64,000 bases of DNA from a virus (Duplodnaviria; Caudoviricetes): the IMG/VR virus record IMGVR_UViG_3300032270_000543, positions 1 to 64,000 of that record. One strand, written 5' to 3'. This document shows positions 7,539 through 15,892 of this stretch, one piece after another. Position 1 is the stretch's first letter. Every line of letters begins with the position of its first letter. The notes beneath the pieces are model-generated. The model did not search any database. It saw only the letters and a list, made by a program, of their open reading frames with translations, and was not told the origin of the DNA. Both the position numbers and the translations under genes were made by a program.

Positions 7539-8626
7539 CGCTCAATTTCCTTTTCGCTGCGTGTTAGGGCAGACCCCACCACTTGGTGCATATCGTAATA
7601 TTTGTAGTCTGCCAAACGACCACCGAATATGTATCTGTCGGTGTCGATCCTGTTCTTGTACTGCGTGTATAGTTCGTTATTTCTATCATCAGTCACTGGA
7701 TAGAACTTTTCTTTTGTGCTGTCCCAATTCTGCGGATACTCTCGGGTGATGACGGTGTGATCCTGTTTGCCGAATATGAAGTGCTTGTGTTCCACCACAC
7801 GAGTGTACGGAATCTTGGCATCGGTGTAGTTTATTGCTGCTACTCCCTGATAGTCAGGAATCTGAAGCGTCTGATGTTCAAATCGCAGGCTTCTCCACTC
7901 AAGACTGCCCAGATCGCAACCGAAGAATTCGTCTATGGCTCCCGTGTATACAACCTTTCGTGCCATGCCTTCAAGACGCTCACGATCTTTGAGAAAATCA
8001 ACACCCGTTTCAACGGGAATACCATTCAACAGTTTTTGAAAGATGGGTGTGTATCCGTCAACAGGTATGCCCTGATACTTGTCATCAAAGTAGTTGTCAT
8101 CGTAGGTGAGTCGAATGGGAAGCCGCTTGATGATGGACGCGGGGAGATCCTTGGGATCACGGTTCCACTGCTTTGTGGTGTAGCCCTTCACGAACTTCTC
8201 GTAAATCTCTTCACCAACTTGGGACAGCACCCACTCCTCTAGGTTGGATGGAGATGGAATGGCAACCCGCACTTGAGCCAGTTTGTCCCGTGCCTCTTGT
8301 GGAGTCTTCACGCCCCACAACTGATATAGAGTGAACAGATTGATAGGGAACGAGTACAGGTTGTCTCCGTGGATGACGCGAGGACGGTACACAAAATGGT
8401 TGAACCGTGTCCATCTGTTCATGTATTCCCATACACGGTCACTGCTTGTGTGGAATATGTGTGGACCGTATTCGTGGACATGAATGCCACCTTCGTCACG
8501 GGTATAGCAGTTTCCACCGATGTGGGTACGCTTGTCCACGACAAGACACCGCGCACCCGCATCAGTCATCTGTCGCGCAAATATTGCTCCAAATAGACCA
8601 GAACCAACAATCAGATAATCATACAT
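7535..8626 (-). CDS. glf: UDP-galactopyranose mutase
   Basis: IVGSGLFG, HIGGNCY, HEYGPHIFHT, GYTTKQW, YQGIP, RVVEHKHF and GRLADYKYYDMHQ motifs. Confidence 0.95.
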   Translation of the reverse strand: MYDYLIVGSGLFGAIFARQMTDAGARCLVVDKRTHIGGNCYTRDEGGIHVHEYGPHIFHTSSDRVWEYMNRWTRFNHFVYRPRVIHGDNLYSFPINLFTLYQLWGVKTPQEARDKLAQVRVAIPSPSNLEEWVLSQVGEEIYEKFVKGYTTKQWNRDPKDLPASIIKRLPIRLTYDDNYFDDKYQGIPVDGYTPIFQKLLNGIPVETGVDFLKDRERLEGMARKVVYTGAIDEFFGCDLGSLEWRSLRFEHQTLQIPDYQGVAAINYTDAKIPYTRVVEHKHFIFGKQDHTVITREYPQNWDSTKEKFYPVTDDRNNELYTQYKNRIDTDRYIFGGRLADYKYYDMHQVVGSALTRSEKEIER

Positions 8627-9278
8627 TGCAAACTATCCCACGATCTTCCACGGTGGTGCGGGAGCAGAGGCGCGGCTCCACCGTTTTGTGCGTCAAGAAG
8701 TAGTACCACAATTGCTCAAACATGATACCCAAACGCAAATCATTTAGTTCGGTCTGATCCATAATCCAATCGTAGCACTTCTGATAGAACGACAGAGGAT
8801 TCCTCAAGATGGACTCTCGGGGAGCCACGAACTGCGCGGACATCGTGTGTTCAAGTTTAGACGGGAACGGCAAATCAATGCAGTGCCACGCTAGTTTCAT
8901 GTGATCCCAAACAATCTGATCGGGACATCCTTCGAATAGCAGGTTGCGGTAGTACGGATTGTTCAGGGTATAGAACTCCTGCCCACGATAATCCTCAAGT
9001 GCTTCAAGAACTGTTCTGTCCTGATGCCAAGCAGTGTCATGTCCGTGACAGAAAGCAACATGGTCAGGAAGCGAATCGTACCGATCAATGATGAACTTCA
9101 GATACGAAGAGGTTTCCTTTCCTTTGTTGGGCAGCAACACAACTCGCTCGGGAGATATCCCGTACTTGGAAACCTCTGCTTCATTCTTGGAGTAGACCAC
9201 GAAATCGTATTCGGTCTGTTTCACCAACCATGTCAGATTTTCAGAATAGTGCGAGGCTAGGATCAGGGGCTTGTTCAT
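8619..9278 (-). CDS. DUF3431-like protein (putative glycosyltransferase)
   Basis: HYSENLTWL...PNKGKE...YL.FIIDRYDSLPD.VAFCHGH..AWH...AQFVA.RE.I...FEQLW; start chosen at an ATGA overlap. Confidence 0.7.
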   Translation of the reverse strand: MNKPLILASHYSENLTWLVKQTEYDFVVYSKNEAEVSKYGISPERVVLLPNKGKETSSYLKFIIDRYDSLPDHVAFCHGHDTAWHQDRTVLEALEDYRGQEFYTLNNPYYRNLLFEGCPDQIVWDHMKLAWHCIDLPFPSKLEHTMSAQFVAPRESILRNPLSFYQKCYDWIMDQTELNDLRLGIMFEQLWYYFLTHKTVEPRLCSRTTVEDRGIVCNV

Positions 9279-9715
9279 TGTTTGCTCCAATCTTCAGGAT
9301 GATCCGTACATACTCCAAGTGCATCTGCTGGTAGGCGACAATCCGCAGGACAGTCCTTCACCACGGTGATGCCTCCCGCGATGTGGTTGTCGGGATAGCA
9401 CCAAGGGAATCCTCTGCTAGTCAAAGTATAGCGGTCGGTTTCGTGCCAGAAGCAATGAATTGCCATAGACAGCATTTGCTCAAGAGCAGCAGCATTCTTT
9501 GCATGGCACCACAATACGCTTTTCAATTCATTAAGCCAAGTTCCATAGACTCGGTACTGCGGGGAATCGTGTCCAAGGTAATACTCGCCATCCACATACC
9601 ACACATCCACCTCAACATCATAGCCAGCATCTATCGCTGCCTGAATGTATGACGGATGATTCTCCTGTTCGGGAATCCTTCCGTTCAAGTTTCCTCGGTG
9701 TGATATGATCTTCAT
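9275..9715 (-). CDS. short glycerophosphodiester-phosphodiesterase-like protein
   Basis: IISHRGN...EN...GYDVEVDVW...LGHD...WCHAKN...GVCTD. Confidence 0.75.
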   Translation of the reverse strand: MKIISHRGNLNGRIPEQENHPSYIQAAIDAGYDVEVDVWYVDGEYYLGHDSPQYRVYGTWLNELKSVLWCHAKNAAALEQMLSMAIHCFWHETDRYTLTSRGFPWCYPDNHIAGGITVVKDCPADCRLPADALGVCTDHPEDWSKQ

Positions 9716-9718
9716 GGC

Positions 9719-10438
9719 TTATCGAACCGTCTTTGCCAAGAATGCGTTCAGGTCTTCAGGAGTGCCGATTCCGTGCATCTCCTGAACATAGAAAGGAACC
9801 ACCGTCTTGCCTGTGGCTATCATTTCGTTGTATACAGGAGCGATGTAGAACTCGTTGTTCACGCGAATGTTCTTGGCAATCATGCTTTCCGCAGCCTCAA
9901 CGAAATCCTTGCCGCGCCGATACCAGTATATTCCGCAAGTTGCTACATTTGAAATGGGAATCTTCTCTGCCACTTCAGACACGAAACCCGCACCATCAAT
10001 CTTTGCGAATGACCACTTGGGGTGAACCGCGTTGAATGTGAACACGATTCCATCCACCGATGTCAGTCTCTTCATCGTTATGAAATTCTCGGGACGGTAT
10101 TCGATTATCTGATCGGAATTTGCAATCAGCAGATCATCATCGTTGTTGATGTGTTCTTTTGCCAATAGAGCAGTGCAAGCAGCACCTTCTGTCAGACCAT
10201 CGACTTCAACAATCTTGAAGCGTCCACCCGTGATGCGGAGCAGAGTGGTCAGAAGCCCCTCATACTTTTCCAGATGCTCCTTGCGGACAAGAAAGATGAA
10301 CTCTGCGGGGAAACTCAGGTTTTCCACGACCTTTTGGATCATGGGCTTGCCGTCAACATCAATAAGCGGCTTTGGGAAGGTGTAGCCTTCCTTTGCAAAC
10401 CTGCTGCCTTCGCCAGCCATAGGAATCAGGATCTTCAT
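9719..10438 (-). CDS. sugar/polyol-phosphate nucleotidyltransferase
   Basis: ILIPMAGEGSRF...PKPLI...TEGAACT...ANSDQ...VAEK...EFYIAPVYN...GTPEDL. Confidence 0.88.
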   Translation of the reverse strand: MKILIPMAGEGSRFAKEGYTFPKPLIDVDGKPMIQKVVENLSFPAEFIFLVRKEHLEKYEGLLTTLLRITGGRFKIVEVDGLTEGAACTALLAKEHINNDDDLLIANSDQIIEYRPENFITMKRLTSVDGIVFTFNAVHPKWSFAKIDGAGFVSEVAEKIPISNVATCGIYWYRRGKDFVEAAESMIAKNIRVNNEFYIAPVYNEMIATGKTVVPFYVQEMHGIGTPEDLNAFLAKTVR

Positions 10439-11040
10439 TTCACAATCTCCTTGTAGTTTTCAAGAGTGACTTCTGATGGGTTTGCAACAACCCACAGATT
10501 AGGAACACACGATGCCCGCGCAGCCTCAATTCCTTTTGGAGAATCCTCAACGCAAATACACGAAGACGGATCGACACCAAGAGTCTTCACCGCAAAGTTG
10601 TAGCAATCGGGATATGGCTTATTTCGTGGAACATCTCCGTTGCTCACAACCAAATCCATAAATTTAATCTGTCCTGTCTGTCGCAACATGGCAGTCGCGG
10701 TAGTGTGAATAGAGTTTGTCACACAGGCAATCTTTATGCCTTGGCTCTTCAGATACGAATGCAATTCCTGCTTTTCGGGCATGATTTGCGCTTGCTCTGC
10801 TATGATCTCAAGAGTCTTCATCTGCTTTAGGACTTCAATCCGTGAAGCAGTCTGTGCTTCAAGCCCAAGCATTCGCAACTTCACGGCGGTAGGCAATCCA
10901 TTATACTTGCTAATGTGATCTTCTCGGGATATTTCAAACCCAACTATTTGACGCATGGCTTCATTCAATGCAGTATAGTGCCATTCGCAGGCATCAACCA
11001 AAACACCATCAAGATCAAATAGGACGCATTGAATGTTCAC
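10435..11040 (-). CDS. HAD-superfamily phosphatase
   Basis: FDLDGVLVD, VTNS, KPYPD and VEDSPKG motifs. Confidence 0.92.
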   Translation of the reverse strand: MNIQCVLFDLDGVLVDACEWHYTALNEAMRQIVGFEISREDHISKYNGLPTAVKLRMLGLEAQTASRIEVLKQMKTLEIIAEQAQIMPEKQELHSYLKSQGIKIACVTNSIHTTATAMLRQTGQIKFMDLVVSNGDVPRNKPYPDCYNFAVKTLGVDPSSCICVEDSPKGIEAARASCVPNLWVVANPSEVTLENYKEIVK

Positions 11041-11840
11041 GCTGTGCCTCTTTCCAATATGAGTTGAATGTCTGATGCGTAGGCATTGTACGGACGAACC
11101 GAATGAAAGTCAATATGTGTTCCCGCACTAAAAGCAGGAAGTTGTAATCCAATCCGTGATCTGCACAGCCTGTTCTGCGGAAGGATTCGTTGACCTGTAT
11201 TCACGATTCCACCTCTACGATAATACTCTCGCATAAGAGAAGACGAGTACATTTCGTCTATTCCCCACATACCGCCATTAGCAGCACTTGCCTTCTGCAA
11301 ATGAGTTTCGGGTGTAGAAGCAAATCCACTCCTGTACTCGCTGTAGTCTCTGTTGAGCAATTTCTGCATCTCATCGGCAAACGAATCAGAAAAGTCGTAG
11401 ACAGAATTGAGAATTTCCGTTGTCGCCAAATGGTAGCACACGGGAACTGTGATTCCATCTGACTTCCAGCAATCAAAGTTCCCTACATGGTAAGCGTCTG
11501 CGTTTAGATGAGTATAGACATCTGTGTTTGGCTCTGCGCTAATGAAGAACTGACGCGACAGCGGAAACATATCAATGTCACTGATCAGGCATAACTTATT
11601 GGGAAAGAACTTGGTGACCCAGAACCGCCCCCAAGTGGCAGCAACATAATCAGGAACCCCGTCCAACACATCGTGATACACCACTGTTCCGTGTTCTTCG
11701 GACAGGTCGGGATTGTCTTTTCCATAATAGAACAGCACGGGATGAATCCCGAACTGCTGCTTCCATTGCTTGGAAATTGGATTCCAGAACTCCCAGTAGA
11801 TGGGGTCATCATTACAAGAAAGGGTCACGATATCAATCAC
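11037..11840 (-). CDS. putative glycosyltransferase (DxD-containing orphan)
   Basis: LISDIDMFPL, PVCY, WGIDE and IDFHSVRP; located in the glycan cluster. Confidence 0.5.
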   Translation of the reverse strand: MIDIVTLSCNDDPIYWEFWNPISKQWKQQFGIHPVLFYYGKDNPDLSEEHGTVVYHDVLDGVPDYVAATWGRFWVTKFFPNKLCLISDIDMFPLSRQFFISAEPNTDVYTHLNADAYHVGNFDCWKSDGITVPVCYHLATTEILNSVYDFSDSFADEMQKLLNRDYSEYRSGFASTPETHLQKASAANGGMWGIDEMYSSSLMREYYRRGGIVNTGQRILPQNRLCRSRIGLQLPAFSAGTHIDFHSVRPYNAYASDIQLILERGTA

Positions 11841-11843
11841 GGG

Positions 11844-12485
11844 TTACCTCAAAGTGAATACTCTATCTTCTATGTAGCCGCGATCAAACTGCCTTCGCAA
11901 CAGAACCGTGTATTCAAAACGGTTCACCATCTCGCCTTGATTGTTGTGGCGATTTAGTATTTCAGAATGGCAGGGAATTCCACTCTCGCAATATGAACCT
12001 ATTCTCTGAAACATAGAGCAGTACTTGGACATGATTTTAGGTGAGGAAAAAGCCATCATGTCAAATAGCCCACCGCGCCAATCTCCACCAACAGGAACAT
12101 TCAGCATATTCATGTCAAAGTCCTTGAGGACGAGGGGATTAGTATACTTCAAATCGTATCGCGTCTTTATTACACAATCGTATTCACCTTCAATCAGACC
12201 AAACGCGATCTCAATATTTCTCCACTGACACATCAATCCGAATACATTCACTTCGGGTGCCTTGTTTGCTTCACAGGCAGCGGGAACAGGAAAAGTGACA
12301 GAAGACTTTTCTTCTAATACAAATCTCTTGGGAGAATAGGTTTTCAATACTTGTTCGGTGTTCTCGTCATTATACAAATGGAGGAACAGATCACAATCAT
12401 TTTGCGAAAGGATACAGGCATTCAGAGAAGGATAGCAGTCTCTGAAGGTTCGCGCATCACCCGCGATAATTATTGCGGTCTTCAT
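11844..12485 (-). CDS. putative glycan-modifying transferase (orphan)
   Basis: KTAIIIAGDARTF...YDCVIKTRYDL...DMMAF...HSE pattern of polysaccharide-locus hypotheticals. Confidence 0.5.
   Translation of the reverse strand: MKTAIIIAGDARTFRDCYPSLNACILSQNDCDLFLHLYNDENTEQVLKTYSPKRFVLEEKSSVTFPVPAACEANKAPEVNVFGLMCQWRNIEIAFGLIEGEYDCVIKTRYDLKYTNPLVLKDFDMNMLNVPVGGDWRGGLFDMMAFSSPKIMSKYCSMFQRIGSYCESGIPCHSEILNRHNNQGEMVNRFEYTVLLRRQFDRGYIEDRVFTLR
11871..11877 (-). promoter_or_regulatory. late-promoter variant CTACATA
   Basis: About 30 nt upstream of start 11840; the same variant precedes gp3. Confidence 0.4.
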
Positions 12486-12988
12486 CCAAGTATTGCTTGC
12501 AGATCGTACTTGTTGCTGACAACCGTGGTCTTTACGGGGAACACATCGTAATCGTAGACCGAACTAAAGTGTCCTTCCAAGTGCTTCCACCCGTATGAAG
12601 GCTCTTCGGAATCGTGATACAGTATCACATCAACCTTGTCCTTTAGCCGCAGGATATCCACGATGCGCCGCTCACCAGGCGCGTGATCCACGAAAGCAAT
12701 ACTCCACTGCTTGTTCCAGTCAACAACATCGTACACCGCATCCCAATTTCCGTTGGGAATGAAGTGCAAATTATGGTTGGGCTTCTTCCACAGGTTCTTT
12801 CCGTGAACTCCAGAACTCATCATCTTGTACCACGATTCGTTGGACTCAAAAGAACAGAGTTCACCTTCCACAAGAGTACACATCACAGGACTTGATCCCA
12901 TCCCTGTGCCGAATTCAATTACATTTCCACCAAACTTGGTAATACACTTTGCGAGAATTGGAATATGGGTAAGGCACGGATCAATCAT
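12482..12988 (-). CDS. class I SAM-dependent methyltransferase-like protein
   Basis: VIEFGTGMGSS motif I, SFESNESW, AFVD and LYHD. Confidence 0.65.
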   Translation of the reverse strand: MIDPCLTHIPILAKCITKFGGNVIEFGTGMGSSPVMCTLVEGELCSFESNESWYKMMSSGVHGKNLWKKPNHNLHFIPNGNWDAVYDVVDWNKQWSIAFVDHAPGERRIVDILRLKDKVDVILYHDSEEPSYGWKHLEGHFSSVYDYDVFPVKTTVVSNKYDLQAILG

Positions 12989-13683
12989 GGTGTTTCTGCT
13001 TTCTGCAATATGGCAATATCGGATTCACTATTATGGTTCTCGTTTTCATCAAAGCACTGTCCAACAAAGGTCACTCCTCCATTGGTGGCTCCCCGTGTAG
13101 CACCCGCAGGGAAAGGATTCTTCTGAAAGAAGGGATCGTGAACGCAAACGGTCAGTTCACCGTCCTTTACCTTGTCCCAAACCCATTCCCACAGGAAAGA
13201 CTGATCCTGTCCCTTGTCGCTGCTCGGCTGAAACTCTTCCATGTCGCGGGCAATACCCTTGAGTTTGCCGCCCTTCACGCCCCACATACCACCAAGCATG
13301 GGCACACCGTGATACGGATGGTCGCGCATCACATGGAGATCGGCTCCACTTGCAAGCCAAGCGTCCACCGCCAGCCGCTCACGATCAGACAGACGGGAAT
13401 CTGTATCGCGGCTCATCATGTACTCTACGCCCTCTTCGTCAGCGGGAAGGAAACGGTGGAACATACCACGACTGTCTGCGGTATTGTATTCACCTTCAAC
13501 ACGGCGCACAAGCACATTCGGACGAGATTCCAACTCTCTGATTATGTCTTCGGGGACGGAATCAAAGCAATAAAAAATGCAAGTCCAATCAGGAAACAGT
13601 TTAGCCGCCAGATCCGCATTGCGGATGGCACCCACCGTGTATGTGGGCTTGTCTCCCCACAGACTATATGAGATTGCTTTCAC
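12985..13683 (-). CDS. putative glycosyltransferase (SYSLWG/RDxDSR family)
   Basis: ISYSLWG...GAIRNA...MFHRFL...SRDTDSRLSDRE..AV..W...HVMRDHPYH...GGMWG; GTG start in a GTGA overlap. Confidence 0.55.
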   Translation of the reverse strand: MKAISYSLWGDKPTYTVGAIRNADLAAKLFPDWTCIFYCFDSVPEDIIRELESRPNVLVRRVEGEYNTADSRGMFHRFLPADEEGVEYMMSRDTDSRLSDRERLAVDAWLASGADLHVMRDHPYHGVPMLGGMWGVKGGKLKGIARDMEEFQPSSDKGQDQSFLWEWVWDKVKDGELTVCVHDPFFQKNPFPAGATRGATNGGVTFVGQCFDENENHNSESDIAILQKAETP

Positions 13684-14318
13684 TGCTGATCCTGCGCGAC
13701 AAAGGATGCCGTAGTCTTTGAATTCCAAATATACCCATGCAACGAATCATCAATGTGGTATTCAGTCTGAACCTTTGGGTACAGTCGCATAAGCCAGTCG
13801 ATGTCCTCGCTTGATTGACCCGCAGCACTATAACTCTGCACGAACTCTTCGCTCTGTGCAATCTCGCGCCGCCATACGCACATATGGTAAGGGGGACGCT
13901 TAATGTCTCCAAGGAAACCGTCCTCATCGCGCCACATATGACCATGAGGATTCCCGATTCCAAAATGAACATCCATCGGCTCTCCGTCAATACTGCACCA
14001 CTGATTGAATGTGATACAGTCCACATTGTTCTCGTCAATTGCCTTCAGGATCTTGCTCATGTAGTCTTTGCTGACTGCATCATCATCGTCAAGGAAAGCA
14101 ATGTACTTGCCACGCGCTGACCGTAGAAGATCGTTTCTCTTGTCTGCAATCGTCTTTGAACGATTGTCCAACAGCACAAGAATCTCAACAGCCTTGCCCT
14201 GCCCAAGAGCATCAGCCTGCTCCTGAAGATGCTTTACGGCAGCGGTCATGGACTGAATGCGTTCGGGAATGGACAGCATCAGAATGCTGAACTTGATTTC
14301 ACTTGCTGATACTGGCAT
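13680..14318 (-). CDS. GT2-family glycosyltransferase
   Basis: FSILMLS...KRNDLL..ARGKYIAFLDDDD...EDIDW. Confidence 0.85.
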   Translation of the reverse strand: MPVSASEIKFSILMLSIPERIQSMTAAVKHLQEQADALGQGKAVEILVLLDNRSKTIADKRNDLLRSARGKYIAFLDDDDAVSKDYMSKILKAIDENNVDCITFNQWCSIDGEPMDVHFGIGNPHGHMWRDEDGFLGDIKRPPYHMCVWRREIAQSEEFVQSYSAAGQSSEDIDWLMRLYPKVQTEYHIDDSLHGYIWNSKTTASFVAQDQQ

Positions 14319-15003
14319 TGAACATTACCTCCATGTCAAACTTGTTTGCGGCTCTACGCTTAAATGTTTCACCGTCCACCCCGTACATCTCCGCGTTCTC
14401 GTTACGGGCGTGGAGGGTATCCCACGGCTCACTTGTCCACTGGTGCTGAATAATGCAAAGATCGCAACGGCGCAACTTGTTCAGAGCAGCGCACACCTGT
14501 GTCTGCTCGTTATCGCAGTACAGAGACTTGTATTCAGGATTGTAGATGTAGCCAAACTGCTTGTACAGTGGGAAGCCCATGACCGTGAGGGTCATCAGCG
14601 GGTCTTCCTTGGGACGCAGCCCGTCCCAGAACTTGATGGCTCCATCGTAGTCGGGAAACGCTTGCTCATAGCACTTGGCAATAATGTCATCGTAACCCAT
14701 CTGCACGGGCACCATGTCATCAGACGCAAGCAGCAGCACATCGCCGTCCACGCCCTCTAGGTTGGCGTTGCAGGCTTGGATCTTGCTCTTGGAGTGCCCG
14801 TAGAAGCACTCAATCTGCGCGTTCTGTGCGCGAGTAGACAGCCACTGCTGCATCTCGGGGTTGTTCATGGTGGCATCGTCTTCGTCCATCGTAATGATGA
14901 AACGCACATCGTGCTGCCCACTCAAGAAAGTGAGGTAGCGACTGAAGACGCTCTTAAACTTTTCGGGACGATTGCGAGTCGGGAACTTGATCACCAGTTT
15001 CAT
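14299..15003 (-). CDS. GT2-like glycosyltransferase
   Basis: IKFPTRNRP...DEDD...KIQACN...LLASDDM...YNPEYKSLYCDNE...IQHQW. Confidence 0.75.
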   Translation of the reverse strand: MKLVIKFPTRNRPEKFKSVFSRYLTFLSGQHDVRFIITMDEDDATMNNPEMQQWLSTRAQNAQIECFYGHSKSKIQACNANLEGVDGDVLLLASDDMVPVQMGYDDIIAKCYEQAFPDYDGAIKFWDGLRPKEDPLMTLTVMGFPLYKQFGYIYNPEYKSLYCDNEQTQVCAALNKLRRCDLCIIQHQWTSEPWDTLHARNENAEMYGVDGETFKRRAANKFDMEVMFNASISK

Positions 15004-15019
15004 AATATATCTCCTGTTT

Positions 15020-15457
15020 TCACTCTTCGGGCTTCATGGTCTTCTTTGACCGCCCTATATGGTATTTAGGGCAGAGTTCCCACTCGCCCTTCTCCTTGAA
15101 TGGGAGAATCTTTATTTTGTTGAGGGGAACCTTGTCCGTGATCTTGGCTTTGTCCACGATCTTTACCAAGCCCCACTCTTCAAGCAGACACGCAACGGTG
15201 TTGCGCCGTCCCGTGTCTTCGCTGTTGATGGAGGTGGGCAGATCATCCAACGCAAACATCTCCTTGAAGTGGACAATGTAGTACTTGCCCTTCTTGTGGA
15301 GGATATGGCAGGATTGCCACAACTTCTTTTCGGTTCGGGAAGACACGCCAATACGGGTCAGCGTTTCACGGACTTTCAAAAAGTCATCAGGCTTCTGTAG
15401 AGTGACCTCAAGCAGATCACTGGTTTCAATATCAATATAGCGTTCGTCTTGTTCCAT
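15020..15457 (-). CDS. regA: translational repressor RegA
   Basis: DDFLKVRETLTRIG...QSCHILHKKGKYYIVHFKEMFALD...WELCPKYHIG. Confidence 0.96.
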   Translation of the reverse strand: MEQDERYIDIETSDLLEVTLQKPDDFLKVRETLTRIGVSSRTEKKLWQSCHILHKKGKYYIVHFKEMFALDDLPTSINSEDTGRRNTVACLLEEWGLVKIVDKAKITDKVPLNKIKILPFKEKGEWELCPKYHIGRSKKTMKPEE

Positions 15458-15491
15458 GCGTTCACTCCGAAAAATTGAACTGACACGGAAC

Positions 15492-15498
15492 TATTTAG
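15492..15498 (-). promoter_or_regulatory. late-promoter motif CTAAATA upstream of regA and the glycan block
   Basis: Intergenic, about 35 nt before the regA ATG; a second copy lies at 15063-15069 inside the regA 3' end. Confidence 0.6.
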
Positions 15499-15499
15499 A

Positions 15500-15892
15500 T
15501 TAACGCCGCTTTCCGCCTTTGTCTACAGCCGCCACGATCTCCTCCACATCGCCTTCAGAAAGCACGGACAGGGCTTCCCGCGCCTTCCGTGTGGAAATGC
15601 CGTAGTACTCCGTTAGAGCCGCTACACGGGCATCCTCCTCGCGCTTGAGCCACTTGGAGAACCGCTTGCGAGGACGCACCGCACCCCGCAGGAAATCAAA
15701 GTGCATTTTTGAATCCAAGTGGGGGCGGATGTTCATCTCGTTAGCCGCGAACAGCGTGTCAGGGAAATACGACAAGCAGCGCGTCACCACGAACGGAGGA
15801 TACGACTGCTTGGAGTAAGTCTCACTCTCATCCAAGAGCGGTTCCTTGCTCACATTGATGGCATTCAAATAATCAGTCAGTTGGTGGCTCAC
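15500..15892 (-). CDS. 62: clamp loader small subunit gp62
   Basis: DYLNAIN.SK...YPPFVV.RCLSYF.DT.FAANEMN...RKRFSKW; GTG start in a GTGA overlap. Confidence 0.9.
   Translation of the reverse strand: MSHQLTDYLNAINVSKEPLLDESETYSKQSYPPFVVTRCLSYFPDTLFAANEMNIRPHLDSKMHFDFLRGAVRPRKRFSKWLKREEDARVAALTEYYGISTRKAREALSVLSEGDVEEIVAAVDKGGKRR

Noticed and set aside
5378-15003. Host LPS/capsule island, chimeric assembly or serotype-conversion cassette
   Set aside because: The genes are co-oriented, tightly coupled to phage genes and carry phage late motifs. No Wzx/Wzy/GtrAB-type membrane proteins or mobility genes are present. Read mapping would still be needed to exclude misassembly
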